DNA of 31,302 nucleotides from Thermodesulfobacteriota bacterium (GCA_041572575.1 JBFFSH010000027.1:1-31302), one strand, 5' to 3'; shown: positions 1 through 8,015, counted from the stretch's first letter. Notes: a model not told the origin generated them from the sequence alone. Translations and numbers: made by a program.

Positions 1-73
1 ATACAAACATTTGTATTAGCTTGCTTATCTTACTATTTGATAGTTTTGTATTCTTAAGTAACTTCTTTTGCAT
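1..73 (-). CDS. IS1595-family transposase, N-terminal fragment (runs off window)
   Basis: ATG at 73 gives MQKKLLKNTKLSNSKISKLIQMFV..., identical to the right-end copy and resembling IS1016 transposase N-termini (KSRLSQYKQNKLIELFV-like). Confidence 0.7.
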   Translation of the reverse strand, partial: MQKKLLKNTKLSNSKISKLIQMFV

Positions 74-113
74 AGTTTCAGCTTAGTATACTTTGCTGTC
101 CTATGCGAGCTCC
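1..113 (-). mobile_element. IS1595-family (IS1016-like) insertion sequence, left end (truncated by window edge)
   Basis: 1..117 is the exact reverse complement of 31163..31279. On the minus strand it begins GGAGCTCGCATAGGACAGC (IS1016-like GGnGCT...TAG...AGC terminal repeat pattern) and leads into a transposase-like ORF. Confidence 0.8.
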
Positions 114-197
114 TTATTTTTTTATACTATATAACAATAGTATTAACTATATTTGCGTATTGAAAATATGGATAAAATTATTAAAACATTATACATA

Positions 198-854
198 TTA
201 TGATCTGTATTCAGGGTACGACCTGGTGAGCTTTTCTTTAAGCTCGTTTCTTGCTCTTAGGATTCGTGATTTAACTGCAGAAATAGAAATACCCAGAACT
301 TGTGCTGCTTCTTTATTAGTAAGTCCTTCTATATCTCTTAATTGATATGCCAATCTGTAAACTGGCTCCAGGCTGTTAATGGCTTTATCCAAAAATTCAG
401 TTTGCTCAGAGTTTATTGCTATATTTTCTGGGTTATTATCTGTGTCTATTCCCGCAAACTCATAATTGGGCAGGTCTTCATTGGAATAATTATTATCTGA
501 ACTTAGATGAGTGCGGGAGTAATTATTCATTTTTCTTAAAAGATTGAAGCTCTCATTTTTGGTAATTGTGTATATCCAGGTAGCTAATTTAGAGCTGCCC
601 CTGAAATCACCCAATTTTTCAATAAGCTTTATAAATACTAACTGTAAGACTTCTTCTGCTGATTGAGGTGATTTGGTGATTCTTAGGGACAGCCTGTAAA
701 TTTTATCTCCAAACCTGCTTACCAATTCGTTAAATGCAAGTTCATCTTTATTTTTTACGTAAAGGCCTGCAAGTTTCTCATCACTCATGTCTATGTATGT
801 TACATTGTACTTAGTATCAGGACGGTCTATTGATAAGCCCCCAAGTTCAAACAT
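198..854 (-). CDS. ECF-type RNA polymerase sigma-70 factor
   Basis: Region 2 (AFNELVSRFGDKIYRLS...FRGSSKLATWIYTITKN) and region 4 (LRDIEGLTNKEAAQVLGISISAVKSRILRAR). AAGGAG RBS upstream of ATG 854. Confidence 0.93.
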   Translation of the reverse strand: MFELGGLSIDRPDTKYNVTYIDMSDEKLAGLYVKNKDELAFNELVSRFGDKIYRLSLRITKSPQSAEEVLQLVFIKLIEKLGDFRGSSKLATWIYTITKNESFNLLRKMNNYSRTHLSSDNNYSNEDLPNYEFAGIDTDNNPENIAINSEQTEFLDKAINSLEPVYRLAYQLRDIEGLTNKEAAQVLGISISAVKSRILRARNELKEKLTRSYPEYRS

Positions 855-865
855 GTCTGTGCTCC

Positions 866-1240
866 TTATCTTTTTTTATGCTCTTTTTTAATTGTTAATA
901 CAAACTGACCTTTCATGTTTGGATGAAACCTGCAAAAGTAATTCGTTTGAGTGTCTGAGGTCACTGTTAATTTCCAGCTGTCATCCTTATTAAGAAGACC
1001 GGAGTCCCAGCTTTCATCATTTGCAGTGGCAGTGTGAGGGATAAAATCTTTATTTACCCACTCTACGGTATCGCCGGGCAATACTTGCAGCTCAGCTGGT
1101 ATAAACTCAAGATTTCTTATCTCGACTACATGCACCTTGCTTTGAGGCTCGTCAGCTAAGGCTGTCCAGGTTGTCGTTAAACTCAGGACCGCAGCAACAA
1201 AAGCTGCTGCAGCCCAAACTGTTAGATTTGATTTTTTCAT
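866..1240 (-). CDS. Exported cupredoxin (plastocyanin/amicyanin-like type-1 copper protein)
   Basis: Signal peptide; PGDTVEWVNKD..PHT and YFCRFHPNMKG supply the His/Cys/His/Met type-1 Cu ligands. Confidence 0.9.
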   Translation of the reverse strand: MKKSNLTVWAAAAFVAAVLSLTTTWTALADEPQSKVHVVEIRNLEFIPAELQVLPGDTVEWVNKDFIPHTATANDESWDSGLLNKDDSWKLTVTSDTQTNYFCRFHPNMKGQFVLTIKKEHKKR

Positions 1241-1243
1241 GAC

Positions 1244-1810
1244 TTATTTCCCGTTTAGAGAAGCAACCATCTTTTCTGCATGCTTTTCATGAGCCTTAAA
1301 TATTTGCAGAGCCTGTTCGAAAAGAGCCTTCACTTCCGCATTTTGGATATTAGGTATAAAAGTTCCTCCGACAAGACCATTTACGGCCTGATGATATCCA
1401 AGCTCATTTTCAGCGTAAAATTTATCAAAGTCGTTTCCTGATAATCCGCTCATTTTTTCTACAAGCCCGTCTGCCTGAGTATTTAGCTGCTGGCTTAGAA
1501 AGTTGTCTTGTGCCTCAGCACCTAGTTTTTCAAGAAGAGCAAGCGCCTGAGCGTTTACGGCTTCATGGTCTCTTATCATGGTTTTTGCAAACTCATGAAT
1601 TACAGGATTCTTAGACTTTGCGAGTGCTAAGTGTGCATATCTTATGTCAATTGAATCTGCTGTGTATGCTACATGCGCTATCTCAAGGTCATTTAAATCA
1701 GCCGGGGTCTTGTCTTTGGCTGACAGGTTTGCTGCTGCAAATACCATGAGTGCTACTGCTATAACAAAAATACCGGCTGCTGCCGAATTTAAATATCTTA
1801 TGTTGCTCAT
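1244..1810 (-). CDS. DUF4142-family exported ferritin-like helical protein
   Basis: Motifs FAKTMIRDH, FDKFYAENELGYHQ, HEKHA. Start moved to ATG 1810 because of a GGAGGT RBS and because the longer ORF start lies inside the sigma54 promoter. Signal peptide present. Confidence 0.82.
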   Translation of the reverse strand: MSNIRYLNSAAAGIFVIAVALMVFAAANLSAKDKTPADLNDLEIAHVAYTADSIDIRYAHLALAKSKNPVIHEFAKTMIRDHEAVNAQALALLEKLGAEAQDNFLSQQLNTQADGLVEKMSGLSGNDFDKFYAENELGYHQAVNGLVGGTFIPNIQNAEVKALFEQALQIFKAHEKHAEKMVASLNGK

Positions 1811-1848
1811 TATGGTGTTACCTCCAATAAATTTTATATACATATATG

Positions 1849-1863
1849 GCAACACCTGTGCCA
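1849..1863 (-). promoter_or_regulatory. Sigma54 (-24/-12) promoter for DUF4142-cupredoxin-ECF operon
   Basis: Minus strand TGGCAC-AGGTG-TTGC is a perfect TGGCAC-N5-TTGC match, and a sigma54 activator gene is adjacent. Confidence 0.85.
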
Positions 1864-1887
1864 AACTTAAGACAACTGAAAATAAGC

Positions 1888-1904
1888 TTGTAACTGTCTG
1901 AAAT
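1888..1904. promoter_or_regulatory. Putative IHF-like DNA-bending site
   Basis: TTGTAACTGTCTGAAAT, conserved as TTGTAACTGCCTGTAAT at 5164..5180 at nearly the same offset (25 vs 26 bp) from the -24 box. Loosely matches IHF YAA-N4-TTGATW. Confidence 0.5.
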
Positions 1905-1960
1905 GATTGAAATAATTATGATTTAAATGATATTAGATAAGATCATGTTAAAATCTGTTA

Positions 1961-1978
1961 ATTGCGAAATAACGCAAT
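1961..1978. promoter_or_regulatory. Putative upstream activator sequence (enhancer) for sigma54 activator
   Basis: Palindrome ATTGCG-N6-CGCAAT about 99 bp upstream of the -24 box. TTGC-N8-GCAA recurs 101 bp upstream of the second sigma54 promoter. Confidence 0.65.
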
Positions 1979-2016
1979 GTAATGGTATAGAGTAATTATT
2001 TTGTATGGAGGGTGAT

Positions 2017-3990
2017 TTACTGATCCTGTTGTATGGCTTTTTTCTTTATTCCGAGCTTGGCCATGCGTGTCCTGAGAGTGCTGGGGTTGATGTCCAAAAT
2101 CTTGGCAGCTCCGTTCTTTCCATGTACCTGCCAGTTTGTTTGACTTAGTACTTTGATGATGTGCTCTCTTTCTACGTCTTCAATCCTTGTTGACCCAATA
2201 CCCTCATCTGCTTGTAATTTCTGCGATGATACCAATAGTCTGTTATCAATTTCAAGAGTATCGCTTGTGCTGAGAATTACGGCTCTTTCTATGATATTTT
2301 CAAGCTCCCTGATATTTCCAGGCCAGTTGTAATCGGTTAATCTTTTAAGTGTATCATTACTGATAGAATTAATATTTTTTCCCATTTTTCTGCAATATTT
2401 ATCCAAGAAATAATAGCATAAGGGTGTTATATCTTCAGTTCTGTCTCTTAAAGATGGTATGTCTATAGGGAACACATTTAATCTGTAATAAAGATCTGCT
2501 CTGAATTTGCCTTCTTTAACTGCATCTTCCAGGTTCCTGTTTGTAGCCGCTATTACCCTTACGTCTACCGTAAAGGTCTCTGTGCCACCGACTCTTTCAA
2601 ACTCTCTTTCCTGTATGACTCTCAGGAGCTTTGCCTGAGCATCCAGGGGCAGGTCGCCAAGCTCATCTAAGAATATCGTACCTCCGTCTGCAAGCTCAAA
2701 TTTCCCTATTTTTTTAGTAATAGCACCGGTGAATGATCCCTTTTCGTGTCCGAATAGCTCACTCTCAATCAAGCCCGATGGAATAGCCGGACAGTTAACT
2801 TTAATGAGCGATCCGTTGTTTCTGCTGCTCAGGTTGTGTACAGCTCTGGAAATAAGCTCTTTGCCTGTTCCTGTTTCACCTCTTATAAGTACCGTAGCGT
2901 CTGTGTCTGCTACTTGTTTGATGTTGTTTTGAACTTCTTTTAACGGTTTACTGGTTCCTATAATCTCTTCAAAATTGTACTCTGTTTTTATTTCCTCTTT
3001 TAGGTATACATTTTCCTTTTCAAGTTTTTGCTTAAGTGATTTTATTTCCTCAAAAGCACCTTCAAGCTGGTCATGACTTCTTCTAAGTGAATCTTCAGCT
3101 TCAATTCTTTCTAGCTCCGATCCTGCTCTTAGAGCAAATACCTGTAGAATGTGAAAAAAGTTGGAAATATCTTTAAATATATCATCGTGAAATACTGCTA
3201 AATGACCAATAACTGAATTCTTTGAGTTATAAATGGGAATACCTAGATAGCTTTGAGCGTCATATTTCTTTAATTCTTCATCATCAGGATATAAACCAAT
3301 AATATTGTCATCGTAATAGCAAAATTTACCAGATATCACATTTTTACATGGAGTACCTTGCAGATCATACTCTATATCATCTCCATAATCATTTCTTTCC
3401 CAAAAAGCCAGTGTCCTAACTTTAGTCCTCTCGGTATTGAGACATTTAGAAATAAACACATAATTAACATTTAATATTTCTGATATGTTCTTAACAAGTG
3501 TACAGAAGAAATCTCTTCCTGTTACTGAACTAGTCTTTTTAATTAATAAATTTATCGATTGTTCTGTAACCTTCTTATCTGTAATATTTATCCATGAACC
3601 TCCTACCTCTCTAGGTTTGCCCTGATAGTCATATATAACCTCACCACGGTCATAAAACCACCGGTATTCGCCGTGTGCACATTTCCACCTGTATTCTACT
3701 TCGTATGAACTGTTCTCTACAACACTACTAACAGCTTTGACTACCATTTCTCTATCTTCAGGGTGAATTCTGCTTTTCCAAAACTTATTATCAAAACCAA
3801 ATTTCTCTACATCAAATCCGGTGAGGTTCTTTACCCCCTTGCTCATGAAAGTAAGTTCAAATTTACCTTTTGCGCTTGTGGTATAAAATGCAATTGGAAG
3901 AGTGTTTAATACCAAGGACTGCTTGGTACTGCTGATATTTGATAAAGATTTCTTATTGTCAGATATGCTTTTTTTATTACTCATTAACAT
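2017..3990 (-). CDS. Sigma54-dependent enhancer-binding protein (PAS-GAF-AAA+-Fis HTH, FhlA-like)
   Basis: PAS (IHPEDRE...EYRWK...YRWFYDRG), GAF (SYLGIPIY...VIGHLAV), Walker A GETGTGKE, ESELFGHEKGSFTGA, FLDELG, WPGNIRELEN and C-terminal HTH. Confidence 0.95.
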   Translation of the reverse strand: MLMSNKKSISDNKKSLSNISSTKQSLVLNTLPIAFYTTSAKGKFELTFMSKGVKNLTGFDVEKFGFDNKFWKSRIHPEDREMVVKAVSSVVENSSYEVEYRWKCAHGEYRWFYDRGEVIYDYQGKPREVGGSWINITDKKVTEQSINLLIKKTSSVTGRDFFCTLVKNISEILNVNYVFISKCLNTERTKVRTLAFWERNDYGDDIEYDLQGTPCKNVISGKFCYYDDNIIGLYPDDEELKKYDAQSYLGIPIYNSKNSVIGHLAVFHDDIFKDISNFFHILQVFALRAGSELERIEAEDSLRRSHDQLEGAFEEIKSLKQKLEKENVYLKEEIKTEYNFEEIIGTSKPLKEVQNNIKQVADTDATVLIRGETGTGKELISRAVHNLSSRNNGSLIKVNCPAIPSGLIESELFGHEKGSFTGAITKKIGKFELADGGTIFLDELGDLPLDAQAKLLRVIQEREFERVGGTETFTVDVRVIAATNRNLEDAVKEGKFRADLYYRLNVFPIDIPSLRDRTEDITPLCYYFLDKYCRKMGKNINSISNDTLKRLTDYNWPGNIRELENIIERAVILSTSDTLEIDNRLLVSSQKLQADEGIGSTRIEDVEREHIIKVLSQTNWQVHGKNGAAKILDINPSTLRTRMAKLGIKKKAIQQDQ

Positions 3991-4045
3991 AATATTAAAG
4001 CATAAATCAGTTTTTTTTGCTACCCCTATATAATTAGTAAATAAT

Positions 4046-4074
4046 AAAAAGCGGGTACAGTAGTTTGTACCCGC
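4046..4074 (-). terminator. Rho-independent terminator after YHS gene
   Basis: Minus strand GCGGGTACA-aactac-TGTACCCGC (9-bp stem) followed by TTTTT. Confidence 0.8.
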
Positions 4075-4146
4075 ACACCTTATTTTTGATATTTCAATAA
4101 GATTAAAGTTTCATTTAAGTATAGATTTACTTAGTAAGAAGAAGAT

Positions 4147-4605
4147 CTATAACTCACTTGGTGATTTATCTTTTATATTCGGCCAGTGATTATTTGCTTT
4201 TTTGATGTTGCCCGGAATATCTTTAATCCACATAGTCTTAATCCCATTGTCGAGATTCATATACAGCTTTCCATCGACTACTTCCCAAACCTCAGGGTCG
4301 GCTGAGAACTTTTTACCAACAGAAACTCCAAAGGCGCACCAGCCTCCATATGCGGGAAGGTATTTGTCAGGGTTTTTTGTAAATGTGTTTTTGTTCTCTT
4401 CACTTGTAAAAAGATATGTAACACCGTTATGTGTTGCAACGTAGTTTCCGTTACCCCTAAGAGGCCTCTTGTCGGTCTGGTAAGTGACAAGGTCATATCC
4501 ATTTACACCTACTGTGTTTACTGTGGTATCACCCGCAAACACTGATTGTATTCCAAATACACTGAATATCATTAACGAAAAAAATAATGTTTTTGTTCTG
4601 TTCAT
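4147..4605 (-). CDS. Exported YHS-domain protein (YHS (seleno)protein-like family, Cys form)
   Basis: Signal peptide; GYDLVTY, YLFTSEENKNTFTKNPDKYLPAYGGWCAFG, DPEVWEVVDGKLYMN. Confidence 0.88.
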   Translation of the reverse strand: MNRTKTLFFSLMIFSVFGIQSVFAGDTTVNTVGVNGYDLVTYQTDKRPLRGNGNYVATHNGVTYLFTSEENKNTFTKNPDKYLPAYGGWCAFGVSVGKKFSADPEVWEVVDGKLYMNLDNGIKTMWIKDIPGNIKKANNHWPNIKDKSPSEL

Positions 4606-4620
4606 TTCATGTCTCCTGTA

Positions 4621-5076
4621 CTAAACGTATTTAATTACATATTTATCTGATAAAGCATCTACTTTCTCTGCTGCTGGCTGGCCGTCTTTATAAAGATCTG
4701 CAAGCTCTACAAAGTAGTTGTCAAAGTTGCCTGGCAAAATCGTAACACTTATTCTGCTGTCGGTTTCTCCAACATTTGTAAAGCCATGAGGGATACCTCT
4801 TGGAAGAAGCGCCATTACTCCCGGTACAGCTTTCATTTTCTGGTCGCCCAGTGTGACTTCTATTTCACCTTCTAGTACTGAGACGAATTCATCTTCTTTT
4901 TCATGTACATGAAGGTCCACTCCGCTTCCGGGCGGGGTAACTAACTCCATCACCGAAAACACTCCGTTTGTATCCTTACTGTTAACTTTATGAATGAAGC
5001 TTCCGCCTCCTATCATAAATTCATGTCCACCACCTGGTGGAACAATGATTGGGTCCTGCGTATATGTTGTTGACAT
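4621..5076 (-). CDS. Cupin-domain protein (quercetin dioxygenase-like cupin_2)
   Basis: LHVHEKEDE...VLEGE...PRGIPHGF metal-binding cupin motifs. Start set at ATG 5076 (GGAGGT RBS); the longer ORF overlaps the promoter. Confidence 0.88.
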   Translation of the reverse strand: MSTTYTQDPIIVPPGGGHEFMIGGGSFIHKVNSKDTNGVFSVMELVTPPGSGVDLHVHEKEDEFVSVLEGEIEVTLGDQKMKAVPGVMALLPRGIPHGFTNVGETDSRISVTILPGNFDNYFVELADLYKDGQPAAEKVDALSDKYVIKYV

Positions 5077-5123
5077 CTGTCTTAACCTCCTGGTTAATAA
5101 AATTTTATTTGTATCTATATATT

Positions 5124-5138
5124 CCAAGACGCGTGCCA
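5124..5138 (-). promoter_or_regulatory. Sigma54 (-24/-12) promoter for cupin-YHS operon
   Basis: Minus strand TGGCAC-GCGTC-TTGG (one mismatch at -12), preceded by AAGTT exactly as at the 1849..1863 promoter. Confidence 0.75.
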
Positions 5139-5238
5139 AACTTGGGAGGTTAATGTTGTGTCGTTGTAACTGCCTGTAATTACGTGATAATATAGTCTGC
5201 GTGTTATGGTCTAAAGCGAAAAAGTCAACCAAATGTTA

Positions 5239-5266
5239 TTGCGGAATCCAGCAAGTTTGCTGGATT
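5239..5266. promoter_or_regulatory. Putative activator binding sites (TTGC-N8-GCAA plus overlapping inverted repeat)
   Basis: TTGC-GGAATCCA-GCAA at 5239..5254, and perfect inverted repeat AATCCAGCAA-gt-TTGCTGGATT at 5245..5266. Confidence 0.6.
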
Positions 5267-5371
5267 TAATGAAATAGACTTTTAGTAACTTAGTAGTAGT
5301 TTTAGTATGATTTTATATGGCAGGCCTGTATCTGAACTCATTATGACAATAAGAAGATTCTTATATTCATT

Positions 5372-5397
5372 CATCCAAACCTCTATTTAACTCCGTA
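5372..5397 (+). promoter_or_regulatory. Possible ECF-type promoter (CATCC-N17-CGTA)
   Basis: CATCC at 5372 and CGTA at 5394, 30 bp before ATG 5428. Resembles SigK-like ECF promoter motifs as I recall them; single instance. Confidence 0.3.
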
Positions 5398-5427
5398 TAT
5401 ATCTAAAAATTTATAAGGAGGTGCAAG

Positions 5428-6087
5428 ATGAGAAGAAACATCTTGTTCTTATTTTCATTATTTATATTTGTAGTATCAGTATCGGGTGCAGGCCAGGTTT
5501 ATGCAGGTGGTAAACATGTAATGGTATCCCCAACATCTGCTACAAAGGCTGCCGATGTGAGGGTTGCATTAAATTCTCTTTTAAGAGAACACGTGTTCTT
5601 GGCAACAGCGGCTACAGGTGCAGCGCTTGGAGGAAGGTCCGATGAATTTCAGTCTGCTGCCACAGCTCTTGATGGAAATTCTGTTGATATAGCAAATGCT
5701 ATCGGATCCATTTATGGTGAAGATGCTGGTGAGGCATTTCTTCCACTTTGGAGAAAGCATATAGGATTTTTTGTTGATTACACAACCGGGGTTGCTACAA
5801 AGGATGAAGCCAAGCAGCAAAAGGCCGTAAGTGATCTTCTTGGATATACAAAAGACTTTGCAGCTTTTCTAAACTCTGCAAGTCCTGCTCTGCCGGTAGA
5901 TACAGTTGCTGAGTTATCAAAGACTCATGTTATTACGCTAAAGGCAGTAGTGGATACGCAGGCTACAGGAAACAGTGAAGAGGCTTATAAGGCAATAAGA
6001 AAAGCATCAGCACATATGCAGATGATAGCCGACCCACTTGCTGAAACCATAGTACAGCAGTTTCCTAATACATACGCTGTAAAATAA
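5428..6087 (+). CDS. Exported His-containing helical-bundle protein (family often loosely annotated 'copper amine oxidase-like'), function unknown
   Basis: AAGGAGG RBS and signal peptide; motifs LREHV, NSVDIANAIGSIYG..AGEAFLPLWRKHIGFFVDY, SKTHV, SAHMQM. Confidence 0.7.
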   Translation: MRRNILFLFSLFIFVVSVSGAGQVYAGGKHVMVSPTSATKAADVRVALNSLLREHVFLATAATGAALGGRSDEFQSAATALDGNSVDIANAIGSIYGEDAGEAFLPLWRKHIGFFVDYTTGVATKDEAKQQKAVSDLLGYTKDFAAFLNSASPALPVDTVAELSKTHVITLKAVVDTQATGNSEEAYKAIRKASAHMQMIADPLAETIVQQFPNTYAVK

Positions 6088-6112
6088 TATTTATTCATAT
6101 TTAAAATATATT

Positions 6113-6144
6113 CTGGGGCAGGCCGCAACACCGGTCTGCTCCAG
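6113..6144 (+). other. GC-rich intergenic RNA hairpin
   Basis: CTGGGGCAGGCCG-caacac-CGGTCTGCTCCAG, a 13-bp stem with two G-U pairs on the + strand and no U-tract. Confidence 0.6.
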
Positions 6145-6161
6145 CACTTACATGGAGAATT

Positions 6162-6563
6162 ATGATTATGAAACTATTAAAAATGATAATGATCTTTACT
6201 ATTATGAATGTGTTTTATATATCAGCAGCTACATATTTTATGAGTTTTGCCGATAGTATCGAGGCTGAAACCGTTTTGGAAAAAAGTAATGGGGATCAGG
6301 TCGAAGTAGATATCAAGCTATTTCAGTACAAACCCGCAGACATAGAAGTTAGCACCGGTACTACAGTAATCTGGAAAAACAATGATGCCATTGAACACAG
6401 CATAACACATGGAACCCCGGAAAATTCAGGAGATGAATTTGATTCAGAATTTTTCACAAAAGAACAAAGCTATTCGATGAAGTTTGAAAAAGAAGGTGAA
6501 TATCCTTACTTTTGCAAAAGACATCCATCTATGAAGGGTAAGGTTGTAGTTACTTCCAGATAA
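6162..6563 (+). CDS. Exported cupredoxin (plastocyanin/azurin family)
   Basis: GTTVIWKNND..EHSI and GEYPYFCKRHPSMKGKVVV type-1 Cu ligand set; GGAG RBS. Confidence 0.9.
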   Translation: MIMKLLKMIMIFTIMNVFYISAATYFMSFADSIEAETVLEKSNGDQVEVDIKLFQYKPADIEVSTGTTVIWKNNDAIEHSITHGTPENSGDEFDSEFFTKEQSYSMKFEKEGEYPYFCKRHPSMKGKVVVTSR

Positions 6564-6633
6564 GCCGTATATAAAATCTAAACAGTCTGGCAAAGAGAAA
6601 ACATAAGAATATTTACGAAAATAGAGTAAATAT

Positions 6634-6719
6634 TGGCGGAGGGCGAGGGATTCGAACCCCCAAGTCCGCAAGGACGCCGGTTTTCAAGACCGGTGCATTA
6701 GCCGTTCTGCCAGCCCTCC
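6634..6719 (-). tRNA. tRNA-Ser (anticodon TGA)
   Basis: GGAGGGC/GCCCTCC acceptor stem + GCCA, anticodon arm CCGGT-CTTGAAA-ACCGG, long variable arm (GTCC-TTGC-GGAC) and GGTTCGAATCC T-loop. Confidence 0.97.
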
Positions 6720-6788
6720 GATTTGAGTGTTTTCATTCTACCTAAAGAGTTTGTTACTTCAAATTAAATTGATAGAGAATTTGGATAC

Positions 6789-8012
6789 TCAGGCATATTT
6801 AACTTCACCGAGTTTTTTTGCAGGACTTCTTTTGCCCTTCTTAAGGAGACTAACTGCATCCTGAAGGCCTGCAATTGTAAGCGGAAACATTCTGCCTTCG
6901 AAAAATTCCCTTACCATTCCAATTGATTCTGTCCATTTCCAGTCATCCGGATCGATGGGGTTTAGCCATATAAAATCGGGATATTGGTCTTTTAGCCTCT
7001 GAAGCCATGTATATCCAGGCTCTTCGTTCATATATTCCACAGCTCCCCCTGGCATTGCAAGCTCGTAGGGAGACATAGATGCGTCTCCTACAATAATTAA
7101 TTTATAATCGCTATTATAAGTGTTAAACACCTCAAATGTAGGAGTTCTTTCTTCGTATCGCCTGATATTATTTTTCCATATATGATCATAAATGCAGTTG
7201 TGAAAATAAAAATACTGCAGGTGCTTGAACTCATAAATTGCAGCAGAAAATAGCTGTGCGCATATCTCTATATGGTCGTCCATAGAGCCGCCAATATCAA
7301 GGAATAACAGCACTTTTACGTTGTTCTTTTTTGATGCCACCATCTCAAGTTCTAGTAGCCCCGCATTTTCAGAGGTTTTTTTTATGGTTTTATCTATATC
7401 CAGTTCTTCTGGCATTCCTTCTCTTGTAAGAACCCTTAGTTTTCTTAGAGCCATCTTCATATTTCTTGTATCTATCTCTACATTGTCATCAAGATTTTTA
7501 AATTCTCTTTTATCCCATACCTTTACAGCCCTGCGGTTTATGCTTCTGTCCTGACCAATTCTTATCCCTTCGGGATTAAAGCCATAAGCTCCAAAAGGGG
7601 AGGTGCCCCCGGTTCCTATCCATTTATTTCCGCCTGCATGTCTTTTCTTCTGTTCCTTCATAAGCTCTTTTAGTCTTTCCATAAGCTTATCCAGTCCACC
7701 CATGGATTTTATAAGCGCCTTGTCTTCTTCGGTTAAAATTCTTTCAAACCCTCTTTTCATCCATTTATCCGGGATTTTCATAAACTCTTCAGTAGGTATG
7801 AATTCAATACCCTGAAAAAATACTCCAAATAGTTTATCAAACCTATCAAGGTGCTGCTCATGTTTGATAAGGGTAGTTCTGCTTAGATAGTAGAAATCTT
7901 CTACACTGTATGAGATTACTTCTTTGTCAAGCGCTTCCAAGAGGGTGAGATATTCCCTGAGTGTTACCGGAAGGCCATCATTTTTCAGTAGATAGAAAAA
8001 ATCTATAAACAT
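6789..8012 (-). CDS. vWA-domain (CoxE-like) protein, partner of MoxR ATPase
   Basis: GGNKWIGTGGTSPFG, MIDAS-like DIGGSM, YFYFHNC and IVGDASMSPYE motifs; directly follows MoxR. Confidence 0.88.
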   Translation of the reverse strand: MFIDFFYLLKNDGLPVTLREYLTLLEALDKEVISYSVEDFYYLSRTTLIKHEQHLDRFDKLFGVFFQGIEFIPTEEFMKIPDKWMKRGFERILTEEDKALIKSMGGLDKLMERLKELMKEQKKRHAGGNKWIGTGGTSPFGAYGFNPEGIRIGQDRSINRRAVKVWDKREFKNLDDNVEIDTRNMKMALRKLRVLTREGMPEELDIDKTIKKTSENAGLLELEMVASKKNNVKVLLFLDIGGSMDDHIEICAQLFSAAIYEFKHLQYFYFHNCIYDHIWKNNIRRYEERTPTFEVFNTYNSDYKLIIVGDASMSPYELAMPGGAVEYMNEEPGYTWLQRLKDQYPDFIWLNPIDPDDWKWTESIGMVREFFEGRMFPLTIAGLQDAVSLLKKGKRSPAKKLGEVKYA

Positions 8013-8015
8013 AGC

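Noticed and set aside
2720..2760. GSFTGA instead of GAFTGA as a sign of a sigma54-independent activator
   Set aside because: GSFTGA is a known functional variant, and sigma54 boxes flank the gene.
4147..4605. Selenoprotein form of the YHS protein
   Set aside because: The GGWC position is encoded by TGC (Cys) and there is no in-frame TGA.
1811..5232. Long N-terminal extensions of the DUF4142 (to 1864) and cupin (to 5232) ORFs
   Set aside because: They overlap promoter elements; strong GGAGGT RBSs support internal ATGs at 1810 and 5076.
6634..6719. tRNA-Sec or intron-containing tRNA
   Set aside because: The anticodon is TGA (Ser, reads UCA), not TCA. The acceptor stem is a normal 7 bp and the anticodon loop is an uninterrupted 7 nt.
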